This document shows positions 1 through 8,651 of a stretch of DNA of 64,000 bases, piece after piece. A model generated the notes under the pieces. That model was not told where the DNA came from, searched no databases, and saw nothing but the letters and a program-made list of their open reading frames with translations. Positions within the stretch are counted from its first letter, which is position 1. Each line of letters opens with the position of its first letter. The position numbers and the translations under genes were made by a program. This stretch comes from an uncultured Actinomycetota bacterium (GTDB taxonomy: Bacteria > Actinomycetota > Nitriliruptoria > Nitriliruptorales > Nitriliruptoraceae). The DNA lies in NCBI GenBank assembly GCA_964451855.1, contig CAYVJT010000001.1, forward strand, positions 19,796 through 83,795, given 5' to 3'.

Positions 1-1317
1 GACATCGTCATCGGCACCCACGCACTGCTCGCCAAGCGGGTTGCCTGGAGGGATCTCGGCCTGGTGATCGTCGACGAGGAGCAGCGCTTCGGGGTCGCGC
101 AGAAGGAGCGGTTGAAGGAGCTCCGCACGTCGGTGGACGTGCTGTCGATGTCGGCGACGCCGATCCCGCGAACCCTGGAGATGGCGGTCTCCGGGATCCG
201 TGACCTGTCGGTGATCGAGACCCCGCCTGAGGATCGTCAGCCGATCCTGACCTCGGTGCAGCCCTACGACGAGGGCCAGGTGGCGCTGGCGATCCGACGC
301 GAGCTGCTCCGTGACGGCCAGGTCTTCTACGTGCACAACCAGGTCAGCTCGATCCATCGTGTCGCCGCCAGCATCGCCGAGATGGTCCCCGACGCACGCG
401 TCGAGGTCGCCCACGGGCAGATGGACGAACGTCAGCTCGAACGCATCATGGTGCGCTTCTGGGACCGGGAGTTCGACGTGCTCGTGTGCACCACGATCAT
501 CGAGTCCGGGTTGGACGTCCCCAACGCCAACACCCTGATCATCGAGCGTGCGGATCTGCTCGGGCTCGGACAGCTCCATCAGCTCCGTGGTCGGGTGGGT
601 CGCTCGTCAGAGCGTGGCTACGCCTACTTCCTGTTCCCCGAGGGCGTGTCGATCACCGAGCCCGCCTACGAACGGCTCAAGACGATCACCGAGCACGCGC
701 GCCTCGGCTCGGGGCTGGCGATCGCGATGCGCGACCTCGAGATCCGTGGTGCCGGGAACGTGGTCGGCGCCGAGCAGTCGGGACACGTCGCGGCGGTCGG
801 TTTCGACATGTACTCCCAGCTGCTCAAGGAGGAGGTCGCGAACCTCACCGGTGAGGCCGCCGAGGAGGAGGTCGAGATCAAGCTCGAGCTGCCCGTCGAT
901 GCTCACCTTCCGCACGACTACGTCGAGGACGCGGCACAACGGCTCGAGCTGTACAAGCGCATCTCCGCGGTCCGGGATGCTGCCGGGGTCAAGGACGTCC
1001 GGGCGGAGCTGACCGACCGGTTCGGTCCGCTCCCGGAGCCCGCCGAGCGTCTCGTCACGATCGCGGCGTTGAAGTCGGCCCTGCGGCGGTGGAAGGTGAC
1101 CGAGGTCGCCCTGACGCCCCGTGACCAGCTCAGGCTCTCGCCGGTCGACCTCAAGGACTCGCAGCTGGTCCGCGTGGAGCGCATGCATCCGAAGGCGGTC
1201 CTCAAGCGTGACCAGCAGGTGCTGCTCATCCCGCTGCCGAAGCCGCGACCAGAGGACCTCGTCGGCTGGGTGGCCAGGACCCTGCGCGAGCTGTTCGCCG
1301 CACCGCCACGGGGCTGA
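1..1317 (+). CDS. mfd: Transcription-repair coupling factor Mfd, C-terminal part (5' end upstream of window)
   Basis: Frame 1 is open from base 1 (DIVIGTHALL..LVIVDEEQRFGV, SMSATPIPRTL, helicase-C QLRGRVGRS, TRCF C-terminal domain). Stop at 1315-1317. Confidence 0.95.
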   Translation, partial: DIVIGTHALLAKRVAWRDLGLVIVDEEQRFGVAQKERLKELRTSVDVLSMSATPIPRTLEMAVSGIRDLSVIETPPEDRQPILTSVQPYDEGQVALAIRRELLRDGQVFYVHNQVSSIHRVAASIAEMVPDARVEVAHGQMDERQLERIMVRFWDREFDVLVCTTIIESGLDVPNANTLIIERADLLGLGQLHQLRGRVGRSSERGYAYFLFPEGVSITEPAYERLKTITEHARLGSGLAIAMRDLEIRGAGNVVGAEQSGHVAAVGFDMYSQLLKEEVANLTGEAAEEEVEIKLELPVDAHLPHDYVEDAAQRLELYKRISAVRDAAGVKDVRAELTDRFGPLPEPAERLVTIAALKSALRRWKVTEVALTPRDQLRLSPVDLKDSQLVRVERMHPKAVLKRDQQVLLIPLPKPRPEDLVGWVARTLRELFAAPPRG

Positions 1318-1518
1318 GCCGCACCGACTGCCTACCGCCGAGGTGCCTCGCGCGCGCGGTGCCTTGACAGCGCCCGGCTCTTGCGGTGTGCTTCGCCCTC
1401 GTCTGCCTGGGTGGTTCACGGGGCGCGGGTGGACAGGTTGTGTGAAGGGCAAGCAAGGGGCCGGCGTCGACGACCCCTCCCTCGGTCAGGGGCGTCGGCA
1501 CGTTGAAGGGGCGAACCC

Positions 1519-2868
1519 ATGGCTGACGTGCAAGCGAAGCGACCGTTGCGCACCTCGGTGGGCCTGGTGACACGCACCATGCCCTTCCTGCTGCTCAACC
1601 TCGCTGTCTACGGCATCTTCTTCGTCGCGACGGTGCTCTGGTTGGCGGCGTTCGGGGGGCTGGCGTACCTGTTCGCCGAGCGGGTCCCGCTCATCGCGAT
1701 CATCTCGTTCATCATCGGCATCGGCGCACCCTGGCCGCTGCTGCGGCTCGCCAGGCGCTACGTGCTCTACCTCGTGCAGGGGGCACACATCGCCGTGGCC
1801 ACCAAGCTGCTGCTCGTCGGTGAGCTCCCCGACGGCCAGGGGCAGGTGGCCTACGGCCGCACGGTCGTCAAGCAGCTGTTCCGCGACGTGAGCATCCTGT
1901 TCGTGATCGACCGGCTGGTCGACGGCACGGTCAAGGCCTTCACCCGCAGCTTCGTGCGCATCGTCGACATGCTGCCGCTCGGCGGAGCGATGTCGAGCGT
2001 CGCACGGATCGGCGCGACGATCGTCAACCGCTCGCTGTCGTACGTCGACGAGGCGATCCTGTCGTACGCGATCGCCAAGGACCAGCCCAACGTCTGGCGT
2101 AGTGGTCGCCACGGCCTGATCCTGTACGCGCAGGCCTACAAGCCGATCCTGGCGACCGCCGTGCGGATCTGGCTGCTCGGTCGCCTGTTCTGGCTGGTTG
2201 CGCTGCTGATCTTCGGTGTCCCCGGGATCATGGTCACGCTGATGTTCGTGCCCGAGGCCGAGGCGATGCAGTTCCTGCTGCAGCTGATGGTCGTGATCGG
2301 CGCCCTGGTGTTCGCCTCGCTGCTGACCAAGGCGCTCTTCGAGCCCTTCGCGGCGATCTACACCCTGACCGCCTACCACCGCACGATCGACGGGCTCGAG
2401 GTCGACGCGGTGTGGGACCGGCGCCTGCAGGACGTCTCGAAGCGGTTCCGGGAACTGGTCGGCAAGGCGCAGGCGGCCGACCACGAGGTCGACCCGCTCG
2501 ACACGGTGGACGTGCCGCAGGACGCGATCCAGGGGCGCGATGCCACCACCCCCCGGGCCACCGGAGCATCCACGCAGCACACGTCCGCGCCGCCGCAGCA
2601 AGGCGGCGGTCTGGGCGCCCTCGCGCGCGGCGGTGGCCGTGGGGGACTCGGCGGCATGCTGGGCGGGATGATCTCCCCGGCCGCCAGCGGCGGCCAGCAG
2701 CCGCAACAACCTCCACCCCAGCCGCCCCCGCGGCATGGCCAGCAGCCGCCTCCTCAGGCGCCCTCGCCGCAACCCCCACCACAGCAGGCACCGCCACCGC
2801 AGCAGGCACCGCCACCGCAGCAGGCACCGCCACCGCAGCCTCCGCCCTCGCAGGAACCGCCGGTCTGA
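1519..2868 (+). CDS. Multi-pass membrane protein of unknown function with Pro/Gln/Gly-rich low-complexity C-terminal tail
   Basis: ATG 1519 preceded by GAAGGGG. About 330 aa of hydrophobic helices followed by about 120 aa of PQG-rich tail that includes 3x QQAPPP. Confidence 0.7.
   Translation: MADVQAKRPLRTSVGLVTRTMPFLLLNLAVYGIFFVATVLWLAAFGGLAYLFAERVPLIAIISFIIGIGAPWPLLRLARRYVLYLVQGAHIAVATKLLLVGELPDGQGQVAYGRTVVKQLFRDVSILFVIDRLVDGTVKAFTRSFVRIVDMLPLGGAMSSVARIGATIVNRSLSYVDEAILSYAIAKDQPNVWRSGRHGLILYAQAYKPILATAVRIWLLGRLFWLVALLIFGVPGIMVTLMFVPEAEAMQFLLQLMVVIGALVFASLLTKALFEPFAAIYTLTAYHRTIDGLEVDAVWDRRLQDVSKRFRELVGKAQAADHEVDPLDTVDVPQDAIQGRDATTPRATGASTQHTSAPPQQGGGLGALARGGGRGGLGGMLGGMISPAASGGQQPQQPPPQPPPRHGQQPPPQAPSPQPPPQQAPPPQQAPPPQQAPPPQPPPSQEPPV
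2782..2835 (+). repeat. 3 x 18-bp perfect tandem repeat (cagcaggcaccgccaccg) encoding QQAPPP
   Basis: Read directly from the sequence, inside the 3' end of the 1519..2868 CDS. Confidence 0.9.
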
Positions 2869-2918
2869 CCCAGGTCGCGCGCGAGTGGCACGGCTGGTCG
2901 CGGGCCTCTTCGGTGTCC

Positions 2919-4166
2919 TCAGTCCTCCTCGAGGGTCTCGAGTTCGGTCCCGAGGGTCTCAGGTAGGAAGAAGAAGCCGAGCGCCATCACGGCGACCACG
3001 CTGCCGACGAGCACGGAGGCGGCAGCGAACCCGTCGGTGAGGTCCGCGAGCACCCCGAAGGACAGCAACCCGAGCGCGGCACCGAGGACGCCGGCGATCG
3101 TCTCCCAGCCGGCCACCGTGGCCCGGATCCTCGTCGGGACCAGTTCGGCGACGAGCGACCCCGTCGGCGGCGCGAAGGCGCTGCTCGTGGCCAGTGCGAC
3201 GAGGTAGCCGATCGACAGGGCGGTGATGTCACCGGCGTAGGCCACGGCCACCGCCCCGCCTGTGGCGGCCATGGACACGCCTGCGGTGAGGGTGCGCCCG
3301 AGCCGGTCGGACGCCCAACGTCCGAGCAGCAGGCCGGCCAGCCCGATGGGGCCGGCTGAGAGCACCAGGATGGACAGGTACAGCGGCGTGGCGCCCAGCA
3401 CCTGCTCCCCGTAGACGAACAGCAGGGTGAAACCGGGCCCCGTTGCCAGGGTGAGGCCGCCCGTCAGGATCGCGAGCAGCAGCACCCGACCGACGTAGCG
3501 CCGGGGGATCCGGCCCGGGATCCCCGGGGGTGCACGGTGCGAGGAGGCGATCGCTGGCTCGCGGATCTTGCGGGCGAGCAGGGGGAGCAACACCAGGGGG
3601 ATCGCGGCGAACACCATCACGAGGCGCCAGTCCGGTTCACCCGGCAGCAGCCCGCGCCCGACCGCGATGATCCCGGCCCCCAGGCCGTACGCCGCGGCGA
3701 TCAGCGCGATCGCCGACGAACGTCCGACAGCTCGTGACTCCTCTGCCGCGACCACACCCGCCAGTGCGTTCACGGCCGTCAGCGCGGGACGCGCCAGGGC
3801 GACGAGCGCGACGTAGAACCAGAAGGTCGGTGCCAGCGCCGACACGGCCGACAGCGCGAGGCCGGTCGTTGCGACCGTCAGCAGGACCGAACGTCGTCCG
3901 AACCGATCGGCCTGTGCCGCGATCGGCAGACTGCCGAGCGAGGCCAGGCGGATCACCGAGAGCGCGATGCCGAGGGTGGTGACCGGCAGCCCGACCTGCG
4001 CCAACGCCTCGTCGCCCACGGTCGGCTCGCCGAAGTGGGCAGCGACCGTGCCGATCACCGTCGTGACCGAGAACTGTCCGATGCCGGCCCCGACCGAGAG
4101 CACGGACACCGTGAGGACAGGGGCGGTCAGCCAGACGGGACGCTGCGCAGCTTGTGCTCCGAACAC
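2919..4166 (-). CDS. MFS transporter (start uncertain; GTG near 4166 proposed)
   Basis: The ORF 2919..4448 carries about 12 predicted TM helices typical of the MFS family (DRFGRR motif). Its first ~94 codons are non-membrane, Arg-rich, and run into the divergent xthA start, so an internal start was chosen. Confidence 0.8.
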   Translation of the reverse strand: MFGAQAAQRPVWLTAPVLTVSVLSVGAGIGQFSVTTVIGTVAAHFGEPTVGDEALAQVGLPVTTLGIALSVIRLASLGSLPIAAQADRFGRRSVLLTVATTGLALSAVSALAPTFWFYVALVALARPALTAVNALAGVVAAEESRAVGRSSAIALIAAAYGLGAGIIAVGRGLLPGEPDWRLVMVFAAIPLVLLPLLARKIREPAIASSHRAPPGIPGRIPRRYVGRVLLLAILTGGLTLATGPGFTLLFVYGEQVLGATPLYLSILVLSAGPIGLAGLLLGRWASDRLGRTLTAGVSMAATGGAVAVAYAGDITALSIGYLVALATSSAFAPPTGSLVAELVPTRIRATVAGWETIAGVLGAALGLLSFGVLADLTDGFAAASVLVGSVVAVMALGFFFLPETLGTELETLEED

Positions 4167-4277
4167 CGGGGTTCCTCGTGCGGTTGGTGGGGAGGTCTCC
4201 AGGAGCGGCGACCGTAGCCGCAGGGCCCGCCGCGGTGGCTGCGCGGACCGTCCCAGACGACGTATAGGGTCCTGCAC

Positions 4278-5060
4278 ATGCGACTGATCAGTTGGAACGT
4301 GAACTCGATCCGTGCCCGTCTGCCGCGGGTGCTCGAACTGCTGGACCAGCATCGGCCGGATGTGGTCTGTCTCCAGGAAACCAAGGTGCTCGCCGAGGCC
4401 TTCCCGCATGCGGCATGCGCCGAGGTCGGGTACCGGGCGGTGGAGCACTCGGAAGGGCGTTGGAACGGCGTGGCGTTGCTGGTCCCCGCTCCCTCAGCGT
4501 TGGTCGATCCCCTCCCGGGACTGCCGGGTGAGCCCAGCGAGGCCGAAGCCCGTTGGCTGGAGGCCACGATCGAGGGGGTCCGCGTCGTCACCGTCTACGT
4601 CCCGAACGGCCGCGAGCCGAACCACCCGATGTTCGACGAGAAGCTCCGGTTCCTCGAGGCGGCCCGCGAGCGCCTCAGCCACCTCGTAGCGCAGGGGCCG
4701 ACCGTGATCGCCGGTGACTTCAACGTGGCGCTAGAGGATCGCGACGTGTGGGACATCGCCGCGTTCGTCGATGCGACCCATGTCACGCCGGAGGAGCGTG
4801 ACAGGCTCATGGCGCTGCTCGACCTCGGACTCACCGACGCGTTCCGTGCCGTGGCCCCCGACGAGGATGGCTTCACCTGGTGGGACTACCGCATGGGCGC
4901 CTTCCGTCGGGGGATGGGGATGCGGATCGACTACGCGTTGAGCAGCCCCCACCTCGACGTGCGCTCCGCCGAGGTGGACACCACCTTCCGCCGGAACAAC
5001 GACCAGGGAGACAAGCCCTCCGACCACGCCCCCCTGATCGTGGATCTCGCACGGCCCTGA
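4278..5060 (+). CDS. xthA: Exodeoxyribonuclease III (AP endonuclease)
   Basis: MRLISWNVNSIRARL..VVCLQETK..SDHAPLIVDL, the hallmark motifs of the ExoIII/EEP family. Confidence 0.93.
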   Translation: MRLISWNVNSIRARLPRVLELLDQHRPDVVCLQETKVLAEAFPHAACAEVGYRAVEHSEGRWNGVALLVPAPSALVDPLPGLPGEPSEAEARWLEATIEGVRVVTVYVPNGREPNHPMFDEKLRFLEAARERLSHLVAQGPTVIAGDFNVALEDRDVWDIAAFVDATHVTPEERDRLMALLDLGLTDAFRAVAPDEDGFTWWDYRMGAFRRGMGMRIDYALSSPHLDVRSAEVDTTFRRNNDQGDKPSDHAPLIVDLARP

Positions 5061-5092
5061 CCGGCGGGCAGCGCAGGCGGTCCTCCGCAGGG

Positions 5093-6358
5093 TCACACGT
5101 CGGGGGCGGTTGGCATGGGTTCGGGCGCGGATGGTGGCTGCAGCGGCTGGAACAGGCGGCCGCGCTCCACCCAGACCAGGAGTGCGAGCGCCACGACGCC
5201 GAGGCCGAGGAAACCCGTGGACAGCGGGAGGATGGTCCCCGCGAAGGCCTGGTCGATCAGCGATCCGAGCAGGGCGCCGACCGCGATCTGGACCGCGCCG
5301 ATCAGCGACGAGGCGGTCCCCGCCACCGGCGCCATGTTGACCATCGCGATCGTGTTGAGGTTGGGGATCAGCAGGGCGTGGCTGGCGAGCAACGGCGCGA
5401 TGCACATCATGAACAGCCAGAGCGGTGGTCGGCCGCCCGTGGCCAGGGCGACCGACAGGAGGGTCGCTGCGACACCGAGGTAGATCAACAGCATCCCGTG
5501 CGCGAGCCGTCGCGTACCGACCCGCCCCACGATGCGGGCGTTGAGCAGCATCGCGCCGCCCATCACCGCGGCGAGCGTCGCGAAGATCGCCGGGAACAGC
5601 TCGGCACGACCGAAGGTCTCACCGATGATGATCTCGGAGCTGGCGATGTACGACAGGAACGACCCGAACAGGGCGGTCATCGCCAGTCCGTAGCCGAGCG
5701 CCTGCCGGTCGGAGGCCACGACACGGACGGCGGTCGCCACCCGTCGGAACCGCAGCTCGAGTTGGTGCTCGTCCGCCAGCGTCTCGGGCAGTCGGAGGAA
5801 GGCCCACACGACGATCACCGCGGCGGCGATGACGCACGCGCCGAAGACCCACCGCCACGAGGCGATGTCCGCGATCGCGGCACCGAGCAGGGGTGCGATG
5901 ATGGGGACGAGGATGAAGATCGCCATGACGAACGACATGGCCCGCGACATCCGCTCACCCTCGTAGGTGTCGCGGATCACCGCGATCGTGATCACCCGGG
6001 GGCCCGCGGCACCGAGCCCCCAGACGAACCTGCTGGCCACCAGCAGCCCCAACGAAGGGGACGCCGCGGCGGCGAGGGCTCCGATGACGTACACCCCGTA
6101 GCCGACGAACAGCGCGCGTCGACGGCCGAAGCGATCGGACGCGGGTCCGTACGCCAACTGTCCGAGCGCGAGCCCGACGAAGTAGGCCGTCACCAGCATC
6201 GCCACCGAGGTCGCGTCCGGCGGCAACCCGAGCTCCGTGCGGATCGCTCCGAGGGCAGGCAGCATGATGTCGGTCCCCAGCGCCACCAGCGCCATGGACA
6301 AGGCCAGCAGGGCGGTGAACTCGAGAGGACCCGGGCCCCGACGCGTGCCGAACATCAC
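5093..6358 (-). CDS. Bcr/CflA-family MFS drug-resistance transporter
   Basis: LEFTALLALSMALVALGTDIMLPALGAI.., SDRFGRRR motif, 12 TM pattern. Confidence 0.88.
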   Translation of the reverse strand: MMFGTRRGPGPLEFTALLALSMALVALGTDIMLPALGAIRTELGLPPDATSVAMLVTAYFVGLALGQLAYGPASDRFGRRRALFVGYGVYVIGALAAAASPSLGLLVASRFVWGLGAAGPRVITIAVIRDTYEGERMSRAMSFVMAIFILVPIIAPLLGAAIADIASWRWVFGACVIAAAVIVVWAFLRLPETLADEHQLELRFRRVATAVRVVASDRQALGYGLAMTALFGSFLSYIASSEIIIGETFGRAELFPAIFATLAAVMGGAMLLNARIVGRVGTRRLAHGMLLIYLGVAATLLSVALATGGRPPLWLFMMCIAPLLASHALLIPNLNTIAMVNMAPVAGTASSLIGAVQIAVGALLGSLIDQAFAGTILPLSTGFLGLGVVALALLVWVERGRLFQPLQPPSAPEPMPTAPDV

Positions 6359-6522
6359 CTCACGGCCCAGGGCGTCGAGGTCTGGCGGGCGGCACTGCGC
6401 AGCGATGGGGTCGCGACGTGAGGGATCTCCGAGCGAGCTTCGCCCGCACGGTACTCCGCGTACCAGCCAGCGTTGCGATCGGGGCCGCTACTGTCCCGCA
6501 CCCGCACCCTGCCGGCGAGTCG

Positions 6523-7251
6523 ATGTCCCCCGATCACCCCACCCCTGACCCCCGTGTGCTCGATCCTGCCGCGAGCCTGCGCGCCGGTGTCCGTGCCGTG
6601 CTGCCGATCACCGTCGGCATGGCACCCTTCGGCCTCATCGTGGGCATCGCGGCGACCGACGCCGGACTCGGTCTCGCGGAGGCGGTCGGCTTCTCGGTCG
6701 TGGTCCTTGCCGGCGCGGCCCAGCTGGCCTCGCTCGACCTGATCGGACGGGACGCACCGATCCTCGTCGTGGTCGCGACGGCCCTGATCATCAACCTGCG
6801 CATGCTCATGTACAGCGCGTCGCTCGCCCCCGAGCTCGCACACCTGTCCCGCGCCAGGCGGCTCCTCGGTGCCTACTGGCTCGTCGACCAGACCTACGCG
6901 GTGAGCATCGTGCGGTTCAACAACGTCGAGGTGGCGCCGGTCGACCGGTGGTGGTTCTACGTCGGATCCGCCCTTCCGTTGTGGGTGGTCTGGCAGCTGA
7001 CGACGGTGCTCGGGGTGCTGGTCGGAGGCGCCGTGCCCGACGCGATCCCACTGGGGTTCGCGTTGCCGCTCGCGTTCCTGTCGTTGCTGGTGCCGACCCT
7101 CACCGAGCGGCCGGCGGTGATCGCCGCGCTGACCGCTGCCGTGGTCGCCGTCGTCGCAGCTCCGCTCCCGGCCAACGCGGGGATGCCGTTGGCCGCGTTG
7201 GCGGGGATCCTCGTCGGCTGGGTCGTCGCACCACGTCAGGTGGCCTCATGA
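6523..7251 (+). CDS. azlC: AzlC-family branched-chain amino acid exporter subunit
   Basis: AzlC-like membrane protein (LPITVGMAPFGLIVGIAA..). The internal ATG at 6523 was chosen over the upstream Arg/Pro-rich extension. Its stop overlaps the azlD start (ATGA). Confidence 0.85.
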   Translation: MSPDHPTPDPRVLDPAASLRAGVRAVLPITVGMAPFGLIVGIAATDAGLGLAEAVGFSVVVLAGAAQLASLDLIGRDAPILVVVATALIINLRMLMYSASLAPELAHLSRARRLLGAYWLVDQTYAVSIVRFNNVEVAPVDRWWFYVGSALPLWVVWQLTTVLGVLVGGAVPDAIPLGFALPLAFLSLLVPTLTERPAVIAALTAAVVAVVAAPLPANAGMPLAALAGILVGWVVAPRQVAS

Positions 7252-7574
7252 GCCGTGTGACGGTGGCCTGGATCGTGATCGCCGTGGTGGGACTCGGCAC
7301 CTACCTCGTGCGCGCGTCGTTCCTGGCGGTCGCCGACCGGGTCGCACAGGTCCCGGAGCGGTGGCGCACGCCGCTGCGGTTGATCCCGCCGGCGGTGCTG
7401 GCCGCGCTGGTGGCCCCGGCTGTGCTGCGTCCCGAGGGCGAGCTCGTCCTGCTCGGCCCACGGGTGTTCGCCGGAGTGATCGCGCTCGGTGTGGCGCTCT
7501 GGACCCGCAGCATCCTCGCCACGATCGTCGTCGGCCTCGCCGCGGTGATCGGCCTCGAGATCCTCCTCGGCTGA
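7248..7574 (+). CDS. azlD: AzlD-family small membrane protein
   Basis: 108-aa hydrophobic protein (MSRVTVAWIVIAVVGLGTYLVRASFL..). ATGA overlap with azlC. Confidence 0.8.
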   Translation: MSRVTVAWIVIAVVGLGTYLVRASFLAVADRVAQVPERWRTPLRLIPPAVLAALVAPAVLRPEGELVLLGPRVFAGVIALGVALWTRSILATIVVGLAAVIGLEILLG

Positions 7575-7669
7575 GCGCCGGTCAGCGTCGGTCGCGGACA
7601 CGACCCGGGGTCGTGGTGCGGCGCGGCCTCCGACGAGCAGCAGGTCTGCTGCCGCTGTGCGCCACGTGG

Positions 7670-8536
7670 CTAGGGGTGCGTGTGGGGTGCCGAGGGCAGG
7701 TCGTCGGGACCATGCCGGCTGGGCTCGTCGAGGACGATCGTGCCGTCGTCGAGCACGTGGAGGTGGCCGCCGTACGCGTTGCCGAGGTTGCCCGGCGTGA
7801 GCACCTCCGTCGGCGCTCCTTCGGCGATCACGGAGGTCGCGACGAGCACCGTGTGGTCGGCGAGCCGTGCGGTGCCGACGTCGTGGGTCGTGAACACCAC
7901 GGTGTGCCCCTGATCCCGCTCCGAGTTCATCACGTCGGTGATCGTCTCCTGGGTGAGCAGGTCCAGGCCGGTGATCGGCTCGTCGAGCAGGAGGACGTCG
8001 GCACGCTGGGCGAGCCCCTGGGCGACGTAGACGCGCTGGCGCTGTCCCCCCGAGAGCTCACGGATCTGCCGGCGGCGCAGATCGCCGATGCGCATGCGTT
8101 CGATGGCTTCGTCGACGGCCGCCCGGTCCTGCTTCGTGAGGGGTCGGAACGCCCCGCTGCGGGCGTAGCACCCCATGCGCACCGTCTCCACGACGGTGAG
8201 CGGCACGGCCTCGTTCGCGATCGTGGACTGCAGGACGTGCGCGACGCGACGGGAGCTGTGCCGAGGCGGCCGCCCGTGGACCTCCACGCGGCCCTGTGTC
8301 GGTGAGATCAGTCCCGAGATCGTCGAGAGCATGGTGGACTTGCCGGAGCCGTTCGGTCCGATGATCGCGACGATCGTGCCGACCTCGACCTCGAGATCGG
8401 CCCCGCTCAACGCCAGGATCTGCCCGTAGCGGACCGTGAGGCCGTTCAGGCGGATCGCCGGGGGTTCGAGCGTGGCTGCCGCGCCACGCGACGGGGTGCC
8501 GTCACCTTCGATTGGCATTTCAGGAACAGTTCCCAT
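7670..8536 (-). CDS. znuC: Metal (Zn/Mn) ABC transporter ATP-binding protein
   Basis: Walker A GPNGSGKST, signature LSGGQRQRV, Walker B LLLDEP. Start is ATG 8536 (GAGGAG upstream) or ATG 8518. The upstream part of the 451-aa ORF is compositionally non-coding. Confidence 0.88.
   Translation of the reverse strand: MGTVPEMPIEGDGTPSRGAAATLEPPAIRLNGLTVRYGQILALSGADLEVEVGTIVAIIGPNGSGKSTMLSTISGLISPTQGRVEVHGRPPRHSSRRVAHVLQSTIANEAVPLTVVETVRMGCYARSGAFRPLTKQDRAAVDEAIERMRIGDLRRRQIRELSGGQRQRVYVAQGLAQRADVLLLDEPITGLDLLTQETITDVMNSERDQGHTVVFTTHDVGTARLADHTVLVATSVIAEGAPTEVLTPGNLGNAYGGHLHVLDDGTIVLDEPSRHGPDDLPSAPHTHP
8523..8533. promoter_or_regulatory. Perfect palindrome GGAAC-A-GTTCC in the znuC/znuA divergent region (candidate Zur operator)
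   Basis: Read directly. It overlaps the znuC translation-initiation region. A related GTTC-N3-GAAC lies at 11439-11449, upstream of the Fur-family gene. Confidence 0.35.
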
Positions 8537-8651
8537 TATGCTCCTCGGTGTGGAGCGTGGAACGTAACCTACCTCGCACCGCGGGAACGCGGGCGCCAGG
8601 TGTGCGGCCACCCCACCGACGATGCGGACACCGACCTCGAGAAGAGCGACC

